A stretch of 64,000 nucleotides of DNA, taken from a bacterium (lineage in GTDB: Bacteria; Hinthialibacterota; Hinthialibacteria; Hinthialibacterales; Hinthialibacteraceae). The position numbers were made by a program, and so were the translations under genes. The notes beneath the pieces were generated by a model. The model worked only from the letters and a program-made list of their open reading frames with translations. It ran no database searches and was not told the origin of the DNA. This document shows, piece by piece, positions 31,029 to 40,833 of this stretch. Location of the stretch: NCBI GenBank assembly GCA_963662285.2, contig CAXXMV010000001.1, forward strand, positions 480,001-544,000, in the 5' to 3' direction. The stretch's first letter is position 1; each line of letters opens with the position of its first letter.

Positions 31029-32477
31029 TTATTCTCCGGTGTATATGAAAACGTTTTTAACTTCAGTAAAGTTCGCTAGAGCGTTCATACCCAGGTCGCG
31101 TCCAATGCCGCTTTTCTTGTAGCCGCCAAAGGGAGCTTCCAGATAGACGCTGCTGTTGGTGTTGACGCTAAGCACGCCGGATTTCACCCGCTGGGCGGTT
31201 AGAATGGCGCGCTTGAGATTGGTTGTCCAAATCGAGCCTGATAGTCCGAAAGGTGAATCATTGACCTCGCGGATCATGTCGTCTTCGTTAGTAAATGGAA
31301 TCACATTTAGCACCGGACCGAAAATCTCTTCCTGGCTGATGCGCATTTTGTTATCGGCGTCAGTGAATACTGCTGGCCGGATATATGAGCCTTTATCATA
31401 AGCCTCGCCAGTAAGGATTTCACCGCCATATGCCAACGTAGCGCCTTCCTCTTGTCCAAGCGCAATATATTCAAGAACGCTTTTCCGTTGGTTCATGGAG
31501 ACCATCGGTCCAATCTGGGTGGCGTCATCTAATGGATCGCCGATAATGGTTTTTTGGGTCTGGTCAATGAAAGCGCTGACGAACTGGTCGTATACGGACT
31601 TTTCGACGAAGGCGCGGCTGCGGGCGCAGCAGTCCTGGCCGCAGTTTCCAAAAACAGCCAGTACGGATGAACGGGCTGCTTTATCAACATCAGCGTCGGC
31701 GAAAACGATGTTGGGTGATTTGCCGCCCAATTCGAGCGATACGCGCTTGATATCATCAGCAGCGGTTTTCATGATTTCCGCACCGGTAATGGTTTCGCCA
31801 GTGAATGTAATCTTATCAACGCCAGGGTGACCCACTAAAGCCGAGCCAATAGTGCCGCCCGGTCCAGTGATAATATTAAATACGCCTTCAGGGATGCCCG
31901 CTTCAAGAGCCGCGTGACCAAGATGCAGGGCGCTGAGGGGAGTGTAACTGGCTGGTTTCAGAATGACGCTGTTGCCCGCAGCCAACGCCGGGGCGCATTT
32001 CCAGGCCGCCATGGGGAAAGGAAAGTTCCAGGGAACGATAGCCGCTACAACGCCGATTGGCTCCCGCAGGGTATAATCGAAACCCTTGTTGCTTACCGGA
32101 ATGGTTTCGCCGAAAAATTTGGTGATCGCGCCTGCGTAATATTCAAAACAGGAACCGCCTGCTCCGACTTCACCCCGTGAATCCTGGATAGGTTTGCCAA
32201 CATTGAGCGATTCCTCGCGGGAAATCTCTTCCAGGTTTTCTCGAATGATATTGGCGAACTTATACAGTATCTTGGCGCGTTCGGAAGCCATCATTTTAGG
32301 CCAGGGACCTTCATCGAAGGCTTTACGGGCGGCGCATACGGCTTCGTTTACATCTTCAGCGCCAGCTTTGGCCGCCGTGGCGATGACTTCGGTAATGGAA
32401 GGATTATAAACAGGAAAAGTTTCGCCCGATTTGGCGGGTTTCCATTGTCCGTTGATTAATAGTTGATGTTGTTTCAT
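31029..32477 (-). CDS. NAD-dependent aldehyde dehydrogenase
   Basis: PWNFP, FTGET, LELGGKSP, GQDCCA, EEIFGP, PFGGYKKSG. ATG 32477 follows the upstream stop at 32483. Confidence 0.93.
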   Translation of the reverse strand: MKQHQLLINGQWKPAKSGETFPVYNPSITEVIATAAKAGAEDVNEAVCAARKAFDEGPWPKMMASERAKILYKFANIIRENLEEISREESLNVGKPIQDSRGEVGAGGSCFEYYAGAITKFFGETIPVSNKGFDYTLREPIGVVAAIVPWNFPFPMAAWKCAPALAAGNSVILKPASYTPLSALHLGHAALEAGIPEGVFNIITGPGGTIGSALVGHPGVDKITFTGETITGAEIMKTAADDIKRVSLELGGKSPNIVFADADVDKAARSSVLAVFGNCGQDCCARSRAFVEKSVYDQFVSAFIDQTQKTIIGDPLDDATQIGPMVSMNQRKSVLEYIALGQEEGATLAYGGEILTGEAYDKGSYIRPAVFTDADNKMRISQEEIFGPVLNVIPFTNEDDMIREVNDSPFGLSGSIWTTNLKRAILTAQRVKSGVLSVNTNSSVYLEAPFGGYKKSGIGRDLGMNALANFTEVKNVFIYTGE

Positions 32478-32482
32478 TTTTT

Positions 32483-33649
32483 TTACCAGCTTTCTTGATA
32501 TAGACGAAGTAAATCTTCTTGCGTACATTTACGGGGATTGGTTAGATGACAAGAATCTTCAAAGGCTTTTTTGGCTAATTTCGACAAGGCGTCTTCAGGT
32601 ACTTTGCAATCGCGCAACTGCGAGGGCAGGCCAATTCTTTTTATCAGAGCAGCCACGGCGTCGGCGGCCTGATCCGCAGCTTCTGCTGGAGACATATCCC
32701 GCACGTCTATTCCCATAATTGAGGCGACTCTGGCGTAGTGTTCAGCAGCCGCATCCCGGTTGAAACGCATTACCGCCGGAAGGCAAACTGCGTTGGCCAA
32801 ACCGTGCTGCAGGTTAAATTCAGATGATAATGGATGCGCCAGCGAATGCGCGGCGCCCAGGTCTTTCTGGAAGGCAATAGCGCCCATCATGGCGGCGATC
32901 ATCATATTGCCCCGCGCTTCGATATCTGATCCATCGTTTACCGCGCGTTCCAGATATTTACATACCAATTCGATACCGCCCACAGCCACTGCGTCGCAGA
33001 TAGGGTGGAATATGGGAGCGGTCAAAGATTCCAGGTTATGGGTAAATGCGTCCATTCCAGTGGCTGCAGTTAGGAAGGGCGGAAGTGAAACCGTAAGTTC
33101 AGGATCAGCGATAGTGCGCGTAGGCATGAGCATGGGGCTGAAAATAAGAACTTTTCTTCCCAGACTTGGAATGGTAATAACCGCGCCGCGTCCTACTTCG
33201 CTGCCAGTTCCAGCGGTGGTGGGTATGGCGATGATCGGGGGTAGTTTATTAACTATAAGTTTATATCCGCCTGCTTGAGCCTCAAAATCGCTTAACGGTT
33301 GGTCATGTTTGACGCGAACCGCCATAGCCTTGGCTGTATCCAAGGCGCTGCCGCCTCCCAATCCTATAACGCCGTCGCATCCTTCGCTATGGTAAATCTC
33401 CGCCGAGTTTTCTACATCTTCATCCAATGGATTGGGATGGACGCCTGCAAAGACGCCAAACTCTATATTGGCGCTCTTAAGCGCCTCTGTCACTTTGCTG
33501 TAGGCTTCGGTCTGTTTTAAGCCGGGATCGGTTACCAGAATTGGTTTTTTGATTCCTGCTTCTGCAAGACATTCCGGGAGTTGTTGAATCGCCCCCGGCC
33601 CGAAAACCACGATGGTTGGAAATGAAAAACGGGTAATATCCTGAATCAC
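32483..33649 (-). CDS. Iron-containing alcohol dehydrogenase
   Basis: GLGGGSALD, PTTAGTGSE, GMDAFTH, AHSLAH, HGLAN; AGGAG RBS before GTG 33649. Confidence 0.92.
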   Translation of the reverse strand: MIQDITRFSFPTIVVFGPGAIQQLPECLAEAGIKKPILVTDPGLKQTEAYSKVTEALKSANIEFGVFAGVHPNPLDEDVENSAEIYHSEGCDGVIGLGGGSALDTAKAMAVRVKHDQPLSDFEAQAGGYKLIVNKLPPIIAIPTTAGTGSEVGRGAVITIPSLGRKVLIFSPMLMPTRTIADPELTVSLPPFLTAATGMDAFTHNLESLTAPIFHPICDAVAVGGIELVCKYLERAVNDGSDIEARGNMMIAAMMGAIAFQKDLGAAHSLAHPLSSEFNLQHGLANAVCLPAVMRFNRDAAAEHYARVASIMGIDVRDMSPAEAADQAADAVAALIKRIGLPSQLRDCKVPEDALSKLAKKAFEDSCHLTNPRKCTQEDLLRLYQESW

Positions 33650-33786
33650 TTTTCTCTCCTTATCGAGAAAATATATACTTATTGCAAGCACTTATAGCCT
33701 GATCATAAGAAATGATCTTCAATCTCAAATCATGATCTACAGTTAAGAGCAATGCTAAAAGAAATTATATGTATATTTACACAATT

Positions 33787-34506
33787 CTAGATACGCTTCT
33801 GAACAAAATAAGTTATAAAATTTGATAAAATATTACGCGTCTCCGGCAGCGGTTCAAGATTCTTTATGGTTGCATCAAAATCCACTCCGCAAGCAGCGAG
33901 CCGTTCACGACGAGTACCCAGTAAAAAAATCATATTTTCCACAGTATACTCAGGATGGAATTGTACAGACCGGATCCGGTCGCCGATGCGAAAAGACTGC
34001 AAAGCGCATTTCGGACTGGAAGCCAGGCATTCACCGCCCGGTGGTAGTACCGTTACGATATCCTGGTGAGATTGCATGACTTTATTAGGGGAATTAAATC
34101 CTGCAAAGATGGGATCGCTTTTGCCTGCTTCTGTTAATTCGAGCGGATTTAATCCAATTTCCCATCCCAAGTGATTTTTTTCAACCACGCCGCCCAGCGC
34201 CTGGGCGATTATCTGATGGCCGAAGCAGATGCCAAGCAGGGGTGTTTTATGGTTAGCCCATGCTGTGATTTTATCGGAAAGCCGCTGAATCCACTTATTT
34301 TTTTCATAGACAGAAGAAGCAGAACCACCAATTACAACGCCATCATAAGAACTTATGGGCATATCCATCTCTCGTTGCGCTCTCCAAACATCGAAATGGA
34401 TCGATTGATTAACGAAAGCATCAATAATCCATTGCCCTACATCATCATAATTGAGCCGCTTTTGCTCGGATCCCCATTCAAAGCAATTCACCATTAATAT
34501 TCGCAT
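33787..34506 (-). CDS. Class I glutamine amidotransferase-like hydrolase (candidate gamma-glutamyl-amide hydrolase)
   Basis: GVVIGGS, LGICFGHQ (Cys), HQD, QFHPE (His-Glu). Confidence 0.88.
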   Translation of the reverse strand: MRILMVNCFEWGSEQKRLNYDDVGQWIIDAFVNQSIHFDVWRAQREMDMPISSYDGVVIGGSASSVYEKNKWIQRLSDKITAWANHKTPLLGICFGHQIIAQALGGVVEKNHLGWEIGLNPLELTEAGKSDPIFAGFNSPNKVMQSHQDIVTVLPPGGECLASSPKCALQSFRIGDRIRSVQFHPEYTVENMIFLLGTRRERLAACGVDFDATIKNLEPLPETRNILSNFITYFVQKRI

Positions 34507-34672
34507 AGATTCTTCCAGTAAATCCTAGTTGTATAAGTAAATAATCACATTTTCACCAATTATTCAAGTTTCGTTAGATGAATAATTAGTCTTGTTCATC
34601 TTGACAGGGTGTTCTACCTTTTGGCAATATTAAAGATGTGGAAAACAAGTAATGCTCTGATAATAATAAAAA

Positions 34673-34716
34673 GGTAACAATAATATAACAAAAGGTTAAC
34701 AAAAGAGTCATAAAAT
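34673..34716 (+). promoter_or_regulatory. Pho-box-like array of four direct repeats at 11-bp spacing
   Basis: TAACA at 34675, 34686 and 34697 and TCATA at 34708, upstream of the phosphonate operon. Confidence 0.65.
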
Positions 34717-34907
34717 CACCTGCTACCTGAAAACATTATTATCCGCATGTTAATACTGAATCAGATATTTATTTAAAATCAATCGTGTATTGTTTTTGTA
34801 TTGATGGGATTTTATGCCAGATATGTTTTTTATTCTGGTCGTGGGTATTAGTATGCTCTTCTTTGTGTTAGTAATGATTTAATTCCTTTTCAAGAAAGAA
34901 TTTTCAA

Positions 34908-36212
34908 ATGAATAACGATTTGTCTTCCCAGCAAAAAAACTGGCGGATAAAAATATTCGCCATCACCTGGTTGGCGTATGCGGGTTTTTATTTGTGTAGA
35001 AAAAACATCAGCATCATAATGATAGAATTGAAAAAAGTAGGTTTTGATGAATATCATCTCGCAACGATCCTCACTTTATATAGCCTTTTCTATGCGTTAG
35101 GGCAGTTTTCCAGCGGCGTGTTGTCTGACCGTTTCGGGCCAAGACGTATAGTTGGCATCGGCTTACTGGTTTCCGCCGCCGCTAACATTTTAATGGGTTT
35201 CTGGGCAAATTTGATGATTGTGTTGATGATTCTGGCTTGCATCAACGGAGTTGCGCAATCAACCGGATGGTCTGGGCTGGTCAAAAACATGGCCAATTGG
35301 TTCCGGCCAAAAGAGCGCGGTATTGTGATGGCCTGGTGGGGAACCAATTACGTTCTCGGTGGATTAATCGCCACCAGTTTTGCCACCTATTGCGTATACG
35401 ATCTTCCCTTTTTTGTAGAATTGGGATGGAAAAGGGGATTTTGGATCCCATCAATTCTTCTATCCATAATAGGAATCAGTTTTATTTTAATTACCAGAAA
35501 CAAACCAACTGAGGCCGGTATACCAGAAATCGTAATAGAAGAAAAACCTTCCGAAAGCGCCCAACTTTCCACCTCTAAGTTATCAGGATCCGCCAAATCC
35601 ATAAAAATATACAGAGAAGTATTGTCAAATCCTTCGGTCTGGTTAATTGCCATGATGTATTTTTTCTTAAAATTAACCCGCTACTCCTTTCTTTTCTGGC
35701 TTCCCTTATACATGACAGATCATTTGGGGTATAGCGGAAGCGAAGCAGGATATACTTCCATCGTTTTTGAATTAGTAGGATTTATGGGCGCAATCTGCGC
35801 CGGATACGCCTCGGACAAACTGTTCCAATCTCGCCGCATGCCGGTTGGCGCCATAATGTTATGGATGTTGGCTCTGGCATTTCTCTTCCATCCCACACTG
35901 GCAGGTTGGAGTCATCTGGGAAATGCGATTGGCATTGGTTTAATCGGTTTCTTTACATTTGGCCCGGATACCCTAATGACTGGCGCTGGAGCGCAGGACG
36001 CTGGTTCCAAGCACATGGCGGCCACTGCCGCTGGATTTATCAACGGAGTCGGTTCTTTCGGACAAATGTGTTCACCCTTTGTGGTAGCATGGGTTAAAAA
36101 TCAATATGGATGGGACAGTCTCTTCTATCTCTTCGTAATCTTTGCTTTTATTGGCGGCTGCATCTTAGCTTTCAGATGGAATCATAAGGCTAAATCGCCT
36201 GATCTGGAATAA
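34908..36212 (+). CDS. MFS transporter, organophosphate:Pi antiporter (GlpT/UhpT) family; candidate aminoethylphosphonate permease
   Basis: YAGFYLCRKN, GVLSDRFGPR, WFRPKERG, RYSFLFWLP, AAGFING; first gene of the phnW-phnX run. Confidence 0.85.
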   Translation: MNNDLSSQQKNWRIKIFAITWLAYAGFYLCRKNISIIMIELKKVGFDEYHLATILTLYSLFYALGQFSSGVLSDRFGPRRIVGIGLLVSAAANILMGFWANLMIVLMILACINGVAQSTGWSGLVKNMANWFRPKERGIVMAWWGTNYVLGGLIATSFATYCVYDLPFFVELGWKRGFWIPSILLSIIGISFILITRNKPTEAGIPEIVIEEKPSESAQLSTSKLSGSAKSIKIYREVLSNPSVWLIAMMYFFLKLTRYSFLFWLPLYMTDHLGYSGSEAGYTSIVFELVGFMGAICAGYASDKLFQSRRMPVGAIMLWMLALAFLFHPTLAGWSHLGNAIGIGLIGFFTFGPDTLMTGAGAQDAGSKHMAATAAGFINGVGSFGQMCSPFVVAWVKNQYGWDSLFYLFVIFAFIGGCILAFRWNHKAKSPDLE

Positions 36213-36315
36213 CAAAAAATCAGGTTTCAATACTCATAAGCTTTTATTAAATTTCATAACATGGATATCATATAATTAACGAAAACATTTTACTACTTGG
36301 AGGTGTTAAACAGAA

Positions 36316-37428
36316 ATGACCAATTGGAAAGATAAGATATTATTCACTCCTGGACCATTGACGACCAGCCCTACTATCAAACAGGCCATGTTGCGCGATC
36401 TTGGTTCACGGGATTTTGAATTCATAAACAAAATCAAAGAAATTCGCCAGAAATTGCTCGAAATCGGATGCGTGGCCGATGCTGGTTATGAAGCCATCCC
36501 CATGCAGGGCAGCGGCACTTATGGATTGGAATCCGTGGTTTCATCCACCATCCCCCCGGATGGAAAATTCCTGGTTATCATCAACGGCGCCTATGGCAAA
36601 CGCATAGCGCAGATGGCTCAAATACTAAAGATTGATACCATTTCGCTGACTTACCCTGAAAACCAGCATCCTGATTTAGCTGAAATCGAAAAAACGTTAA
36701 CTGAAGATAAAGCCATAACCAATGTTGTTGTGGTGCATTGCGAAACCACTACTGGTATCATGAATCCGGTTAAAGAGATCGGCGAGATCGTTCACCGCCT
36801 GGGTCGTTCATTCTTCGTTGACGCCATGAGCAGTTTCGGCGCGGTTCCTCTGGATTTAGCCGAATGCGAAGTTGATTACATGGTCTCATCGGCTAACAAG
36901 TGCATCGAAGGCGTGCCCGGTTTTTCCTTCGTCATCGCCCGTAAGGAATCATTGCTCAAAACTGAAGGATACGCCCGCAGCCTTAGTATGGATATCCTCG
37001 CCCAGTGGAAGGGGCTTGAATCCAACGGTCAGTTCCGCTTCACTCCGCCCACCCATACCTTATTGGCCTTCCACCAGGCAATAATGGAATTGGAAGAAGA
37101 AGGCGGCGTTGTCGGACGGGCCAAGCGTTATAGCGATAATTACCAAACCCTGATCCAGGGTATGAGAAAGATGAATTTTCAGGAATACCTGCCCCGCGAT
37201 ATGCAGGGATATATCATTACCTCATTCCTGTTTCCAGATCATCCAAACTTTTCCTTCGAAGATTTCTACAACCGCTTGAATGAGAAGGATCAGGTAATTT
37301 ATCCAGGTAAGGTAAGCAATGCGGATTGCTTCCGCATAGGGAATATTGGTAGAATATCCGTAGTAGATGTCCGGATACTGCTGGCCTGCATCCGGGAAAC
37401 ATTGGAAGAGATGGATATTCAGTTATAA
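36316..37428 (+). CDS. phnW: 2-aminoethylphosphonate:pyruvate aminotransferase
   Basis: LFTPGPLTTS, QGSGT, HCETTTG, DAMSSFG, SSANKCIEGVPG, QFRFTPPTH, IYPGK. Confidence 0.95.
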   Translation: MTNWKDKILFTPGPLTTSPTIKQAMLRDLGSRDFEFINKIKEIRQKLLEIGCVADAGYEAIPMQGSGTYGLESVVSSTIPPDGKFLVIINGAYGKRIAQMAQILKIDTISLTYPENQHPDLAEIEKTLTEDKAITNVVVVHCETTTGIMNPVKEIGEIVHRLGRSFFVDAMSSFGAVPLDLAECEVDYMVSSANKCIEGVPGFSFVIARKESLLKTEGYARSLSMDILAQWKGLESNGQFRFTPPTHTLLAFHQAIMELEEEGGVVGRAKRYSDNYQTLIQGMRKMNFQEYLPRDMQGYIITSFLFPDHPNFSFEDFYNRLNEKDQVIYPGKVSNADCFRIGNIGRISVVDVRILLACIRETLEEMDIQL

Positions 37429-37444
37429 TTGCACATTTATTACC

Positions 37445-37540
37445 ACATATTCTCCCCCCAAGTCTGGGAGGAGTTAGAGGGGGGTTGCGTTTTGCATAAT
37501 CAACCCCCTCGTAACCTCCCCCAAACTTGGGGAGGGATTA
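37445..37540. repeat. Inverted pair of boxC-like repeats
   Basis: CTCCCCCAAGTCTGGGAGGAGTTAGAGGGGGG ... CCCCCTCGTAACCTCCCCCAAACTTGGGGAGG between phnW and phnX. Confidence 0.7.
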
Positions 37541-37595
37541 GACATTTTATTTTGCTAACAAATTATTAAATTATTAAATATTAAGGAGAAAATTA

Positions 37596-38426
37596 ATGGA
37601 TTTTGTATTTCAACGCTCTTACCGCGGTCCTCTGCAGGCCGTTATCCTCGATTGGGCTGGAACCACGATGGATTATGGTTGCTTCGCTCCGGCTGTAGTG
37701 TTTATTGAAGTATACAAACGCAAAGGCGTCGATATTACTATCGAAGAAGCGCGCGGCCCGATGGGCGCTCATAAAAAAGTTCACATCCGGGAAATTTCAC
37801 AAACAGAATCTGTCGCCAAACGCTGGGAAGGCGTACACGGAAAACGCCCGACAGAAAAAGACGTTGAAGAGATGTTCGAGGAGTTCGTTCCTCTGCAACT
37901 GCAATGTCTGGCCGATTACGCCGATTTGATTCCAGGCACGCTTGAGACTATCGCCGAGTACCGCAAACGCGGATTGAAGATTGGTTCATCAACCGGCTAT
38001 ACCGGTGAAATGATGGACTTGCTTCAAGGTGAAGCCAAAAAACGGGGCTATGAACCAGACGCTTCAGTATGCGCCACCCAGGTTCCGGCTGGTCGTCCTC
38101 ATCCCTGGATGTGCGTTCAAAACGCAGTTGATTTGCAGATTTATCCATTTGAATCAATCGTCAAAATCGGCGACACCATACCAGATATTGACGAAGGCAT
38201 TAACGCCGGAATGTGGACTATCGGATTGGCTCTAACTGGTAATGAAATAGGTATGACCGAAGCCGAAGTTAAGGCTTGCGATCCTGCCGAACTTGAAAAG
38301 AAACTGGCTAAAGCCTACAAGCGTATGGCGCAAGCCGGCGCTCATTATGTAGTGGACAGCATCGCTGATACTATTCCCCTGTTGGATGATATCAATGCCC
38401 GGCTCGCTCGCGGCGAACGCCCGTAG
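37596..38426 (+). CDS. phnX: Phosphonoacetaldehyde hydrolase (phosphonatase)
   Basis: DWAGTTMDYG, ARGPMGAHKKVHI (Schiff-base Lys), GRPHPW, KIGDT, GERP C-terminus. Confidence 0.96.
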   Translation: MDFVFQRSYRGPLQAVILDWAGTTMDYGCFAPAVVFIEVYKRKGVDITIEEARGPMGAHKKVHIREISQTESVAKRWEGVHGKRPTEKDVEEMFEEFVPLQLQCLADYADLIPGTLETIAEYRKRGLKIGSSTGYTGEMMDLLQGEAKKRGYEPDASVCATQVPAGRPHPWMCVQNAVDLQIYPFESIVKIGDTIPDIDEGINAGMWTIGLALTGNEIGMTEAEVKACDPAELEKKLAKAYKRMAQAGAHYVVDSIADTIPLLDDINARLARGERP

Positions 38427-38457
38427 CGTCTGTATGCATCTACGATTTACATAAATT

Positions 38458-38502
38458 AAAAGCCGGGGGCGTGATATTCATATATCGCTTCCGGCTTTTT
38501 TT
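38458..38502 (+). terminator. Intrinsic terminator
   Basis: AAAAGCCGG...CCGGCTTTTTTT after phnX. Confidence 0.65.
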
Positions 38503-38524
38503 ATAAATCTAAAACGATTGAAAT

Positions 38525-38695
38525 CTTCCTCAGGCTTGGGGAAGAGGGGTTTTTGTGAAATTACATAGTGTATCTTTGGTGGGTCAAAAAGCGCGACCCA
38601 CCCTACGCTTGGGTTGGTACACATCCCTCTCCCAAGATTGGGAGAGGTTAGGTGAGGGTTGATAGCGACCACCTTCGCATAGAAGAATAACCAAC
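38525..38695. repeat. Mosaic of a GTAG-type REP and boxC-like units
   Basis: 38578-38607 is the reverse complement of CGTAGGGTGGGTCGCGCTTTTTGACCCACC; 38619-38695 matches 8455-8528. Confidence 0.75.
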
Positions 38696-38712
38696 ATGAG
38701 AGGGCTGGTATC

Positions 38713-40077
38713 TTGACCACCAACAAATTCGATCCCGAAAAACTGAAATCTGAAGGCGACCTGAACATATCACCACTGCGCAAAGAATGGTCGGACAAAA
38801 ATATTGATCCTCAAACCCGTGAGTGGCTGGAAAAAGACGCCAAATATTTCTTACACCAGTCTTTGTCCACACCCTGTTTGAACGTTCTCGCTTCATGTGA
38901 AGGAATCAATATCGAAGATATTCAGGGCAAGCAGTATATGGATTTCCACGGCAATAACGTGCATCAGGTCGGATTCAGCAATCCCAAGGTTATTGAGGCG
39001 ATCAAACGGCAAATGGAAGAATTATCATTTTGCACGCGTCGTTATACCAACATTCCTGCTATCCAACTGGCGGAAAAACTGACCTCTCTGGCGCCGGGAA
39101 ATTTGAATAAAGTATTGTTTGCGCCGGGCGGTACAACGGCCATTGGTATGGCCTTGAAACTGGCCCGCGTCGCCACTGGACGATTCAAGACCATCTCCAT
39201 GTGGGATTCCTTCCACGGCGCGTCGCTGGATGCAATTTCAATTGGAGGCGAGGCTATTTTCCGCAATGGCATCGGGCCGCTGCTGCCCGGAACGGAGCAT
39301 GTTCCTCCCCCCGATGCTTATCATAGTTTATGGGATGGCGATGAATATGAACGTAATTTGAAATGCGCTCAATACGTCGATTACGTGTTGGAAAAAGAAG
39401 GCGATGTAGCCGCTGTTATCGCGGAAACCGTCCGCAGCACGCCCTATATTCCCATGCCGATATATTGGGAGACGGTGCGTAAGGCTTGCGATAAACATGG
39501 CGCTTTGCTGATTCTGGATGAAGTTCCCCATTGCCTGGGACGCACCGGAAGCATGTTTACCTGCGAGCATTACAATATCGTCCCCGACATGCTGGTGATC
39601 GGCAAAGGGCTGGGCGGCGGCATCTTCCCACTGGCGGCGCTGCTGGCCCGTGAAGACCTGGACGTCATGAACGACCGGGCGTTGGGTCATTACACCCACG
39701 AAAAGAATCCTGTAGCCTGCGCGGCGGCATTGGCCGCTATCCAGTACATCGAAGATGAAGGCATCCTACAAAACGCAGCAACCGTAGGTCAACACGCCCT
39801 GAAGCGAATGAATGAGATGAAAGATGAATTTCAACTGATCGGCGACGTACGGGGACTGGGGCTGCTGATTGGCATCGAGTTGGTGCGCGACCGTCAAACC
39901 AAAGAACGCGCCACCACCGAAGCGGAGCAGGTTATGTACCGTTGCCTGGAAAAAGGCCTGAGTTTCAAACTGACTATGGGCAGCATCCTGACGCTGACCC
40001 CGGCATTAACCATTACCATCGAAGAGATGGATCGGGCTTTGGACATTATTTCTGAATGTTTGAGAGAGATTGAGTGA
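38713..40077 (+). CDS. pbfA: Class III PLP enzyme, (R)-1-hydroxy-2-aminoethylphosphonate ammonia-lyase-like
   Basis: N-terminal SEGDLN...FLHQSLSTPCL, MDFHGNNVHQVG, WDSFHGASLDA, GHYTHEKNP; directly follows phnX. Confidence 0.85.
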   Translation: MTTNKFDPEKLKSEGDLNISPLRKEWSDKNIDPQTREWLEKDAKYFLHQSLSTPCLNVLASCEGINIEDIQGKQYMDFHGNNVHQVGFSNPKVIEAIKRQMEELSFCTRRYTNIPAIQLAEKLTSLAPGNLNKVLFAPGGTTAIGMALKLARVATGRFKTISMWDSFHGASLDAISIGGEAIFRNGIGPLLPGTEHVPPPDAYHSLWDGDEYERNLKCAQYVDYVLEKEGDVAAVIAETVRSTPYIPMPIYWETVRKACDKHGALLILDEVPHCLGRTGSMFTCEHYNIVPDMLVIGKGLGGGIFPLAALLAREDLDVMNDRALGHYTHEKNPVACAAALAAIQYIEDEGILQNAATVGQHALKRMNEMKDEFQLIGDVRGLGLLIGIELVRDRQTKERATTEAEQVMYRCLEKGLSFKLTMGSILTLTPALTITIEEMDRALDIISECLREIE

Positions 40078-40109
40078 GAATTAGGTGATCAGATAATTAA
40101 AAATACAAG

Positions 40110-40137
40110 TTGACGAATTCTGTTTTTGTATTACAAT
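40110..40137 (+). promoter_or_regulatory. Sigma70-type promoter with palindromic operator for vapBC
   Basis: TTGACG (40110) - 16 bp - TACAAT (40132); the palindrome TTGTATTACAA (40126-40136) overlaps the -10. Confidence 0.6.
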
Positions 40138-40158
40138 TTGCAATACGGAGGCGTCAAA

Positions 40159-40401
40159 ATGATTACATTGAGACTTGATCCAGAACTAGAACAAGAAATT
40201 ATTAATACGGCTAAAAATCTTGGAGTGACTAAATCAGAATTGATTCGCCATAGTATCCAAGATTACATGAAAAAGATTGAAAAACCTAATGCCTGGGAGA
40301 TTGGCAGAGATGTATTTGGAAAATATTCAAGTGGTAAAGGTAACTTATCATCCAAAAGGAAGGAACTGATAATTGAAGAAATCAAGGCCAAAAGAAAATG
40401 A
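40159..40401 (+). CDS. CopG/RHH antitoxin (VapB-like)
   Basis: MITLRLDPELEQEI...GVTKSELIR; GGAGG RBS; ATGA overlap with the toxin gene. Confidence 0.88.
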   Translation: MITLRLDPELEQEIINTAKNLGVTKSELIRHSIQDYMKKIEKPNAWEIGRDVFGKYSSGKGNLSSKRKELIIEEIKAKRK

Positions 40402-40808
40402 AAAAAATCTTGATTGATTCTGGTCCGTTAATAGCTTTATTTGACGCATCAGATGAATATCATCATCGGGCAGTTAACTTCATCAAAACCAACCGATATC
40501 CGTTGGTTACCTCACTTGCATCAATTACTGAGACATTACATTTATTAAATTTCAATCGTAATGCGCAAATAGATTTTCTTGAATGGGTGCATCAAGGTGC
40601 TGTGGAAATTCATAATATCAAGAACAACGATTTCAAAAGGTTGAAAGAACTAACTGAAAAATACCGTGATTTACCAATGGATTTTGCAGATGCGTGTCTC
40701 TTATTTCTAGCCGAAAAACTCAAACTTAATGCCATTGCTACAATAGATAGAGATTTCACGATTTATCGAATACAAGGGAAAAGAAAATTCCAGGTTATTC
40801 TTTCTTGA
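40398..40808 (+). CDS. PIN-domain toxin (VapC-like)
   Basis: ILIDSGPLIAL, ITE, MDFADA, TIDRDF. Confidence 0.92.
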   Translation: MKKILIDSGPLIALFDASDEYHHRAVNFIKTNRYPLVTSLASITETLHLLNFNRNAQIDFLEWVHQGAVEIHNIKNNDFKRLKELTEKYRDLPMDFADACLLFLAEKLKLNAIATIDRDFTIYRIQGKRKFQVILS

Positions 40809-40833
40809 AAATACCACTAACAGTTCACTCACC

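Noticed and set aside
38478-38896. Minus-strand ORFs between phnX and pbfA
   Set aside because: They translate REP/boxC repeats and antisense pbfA.
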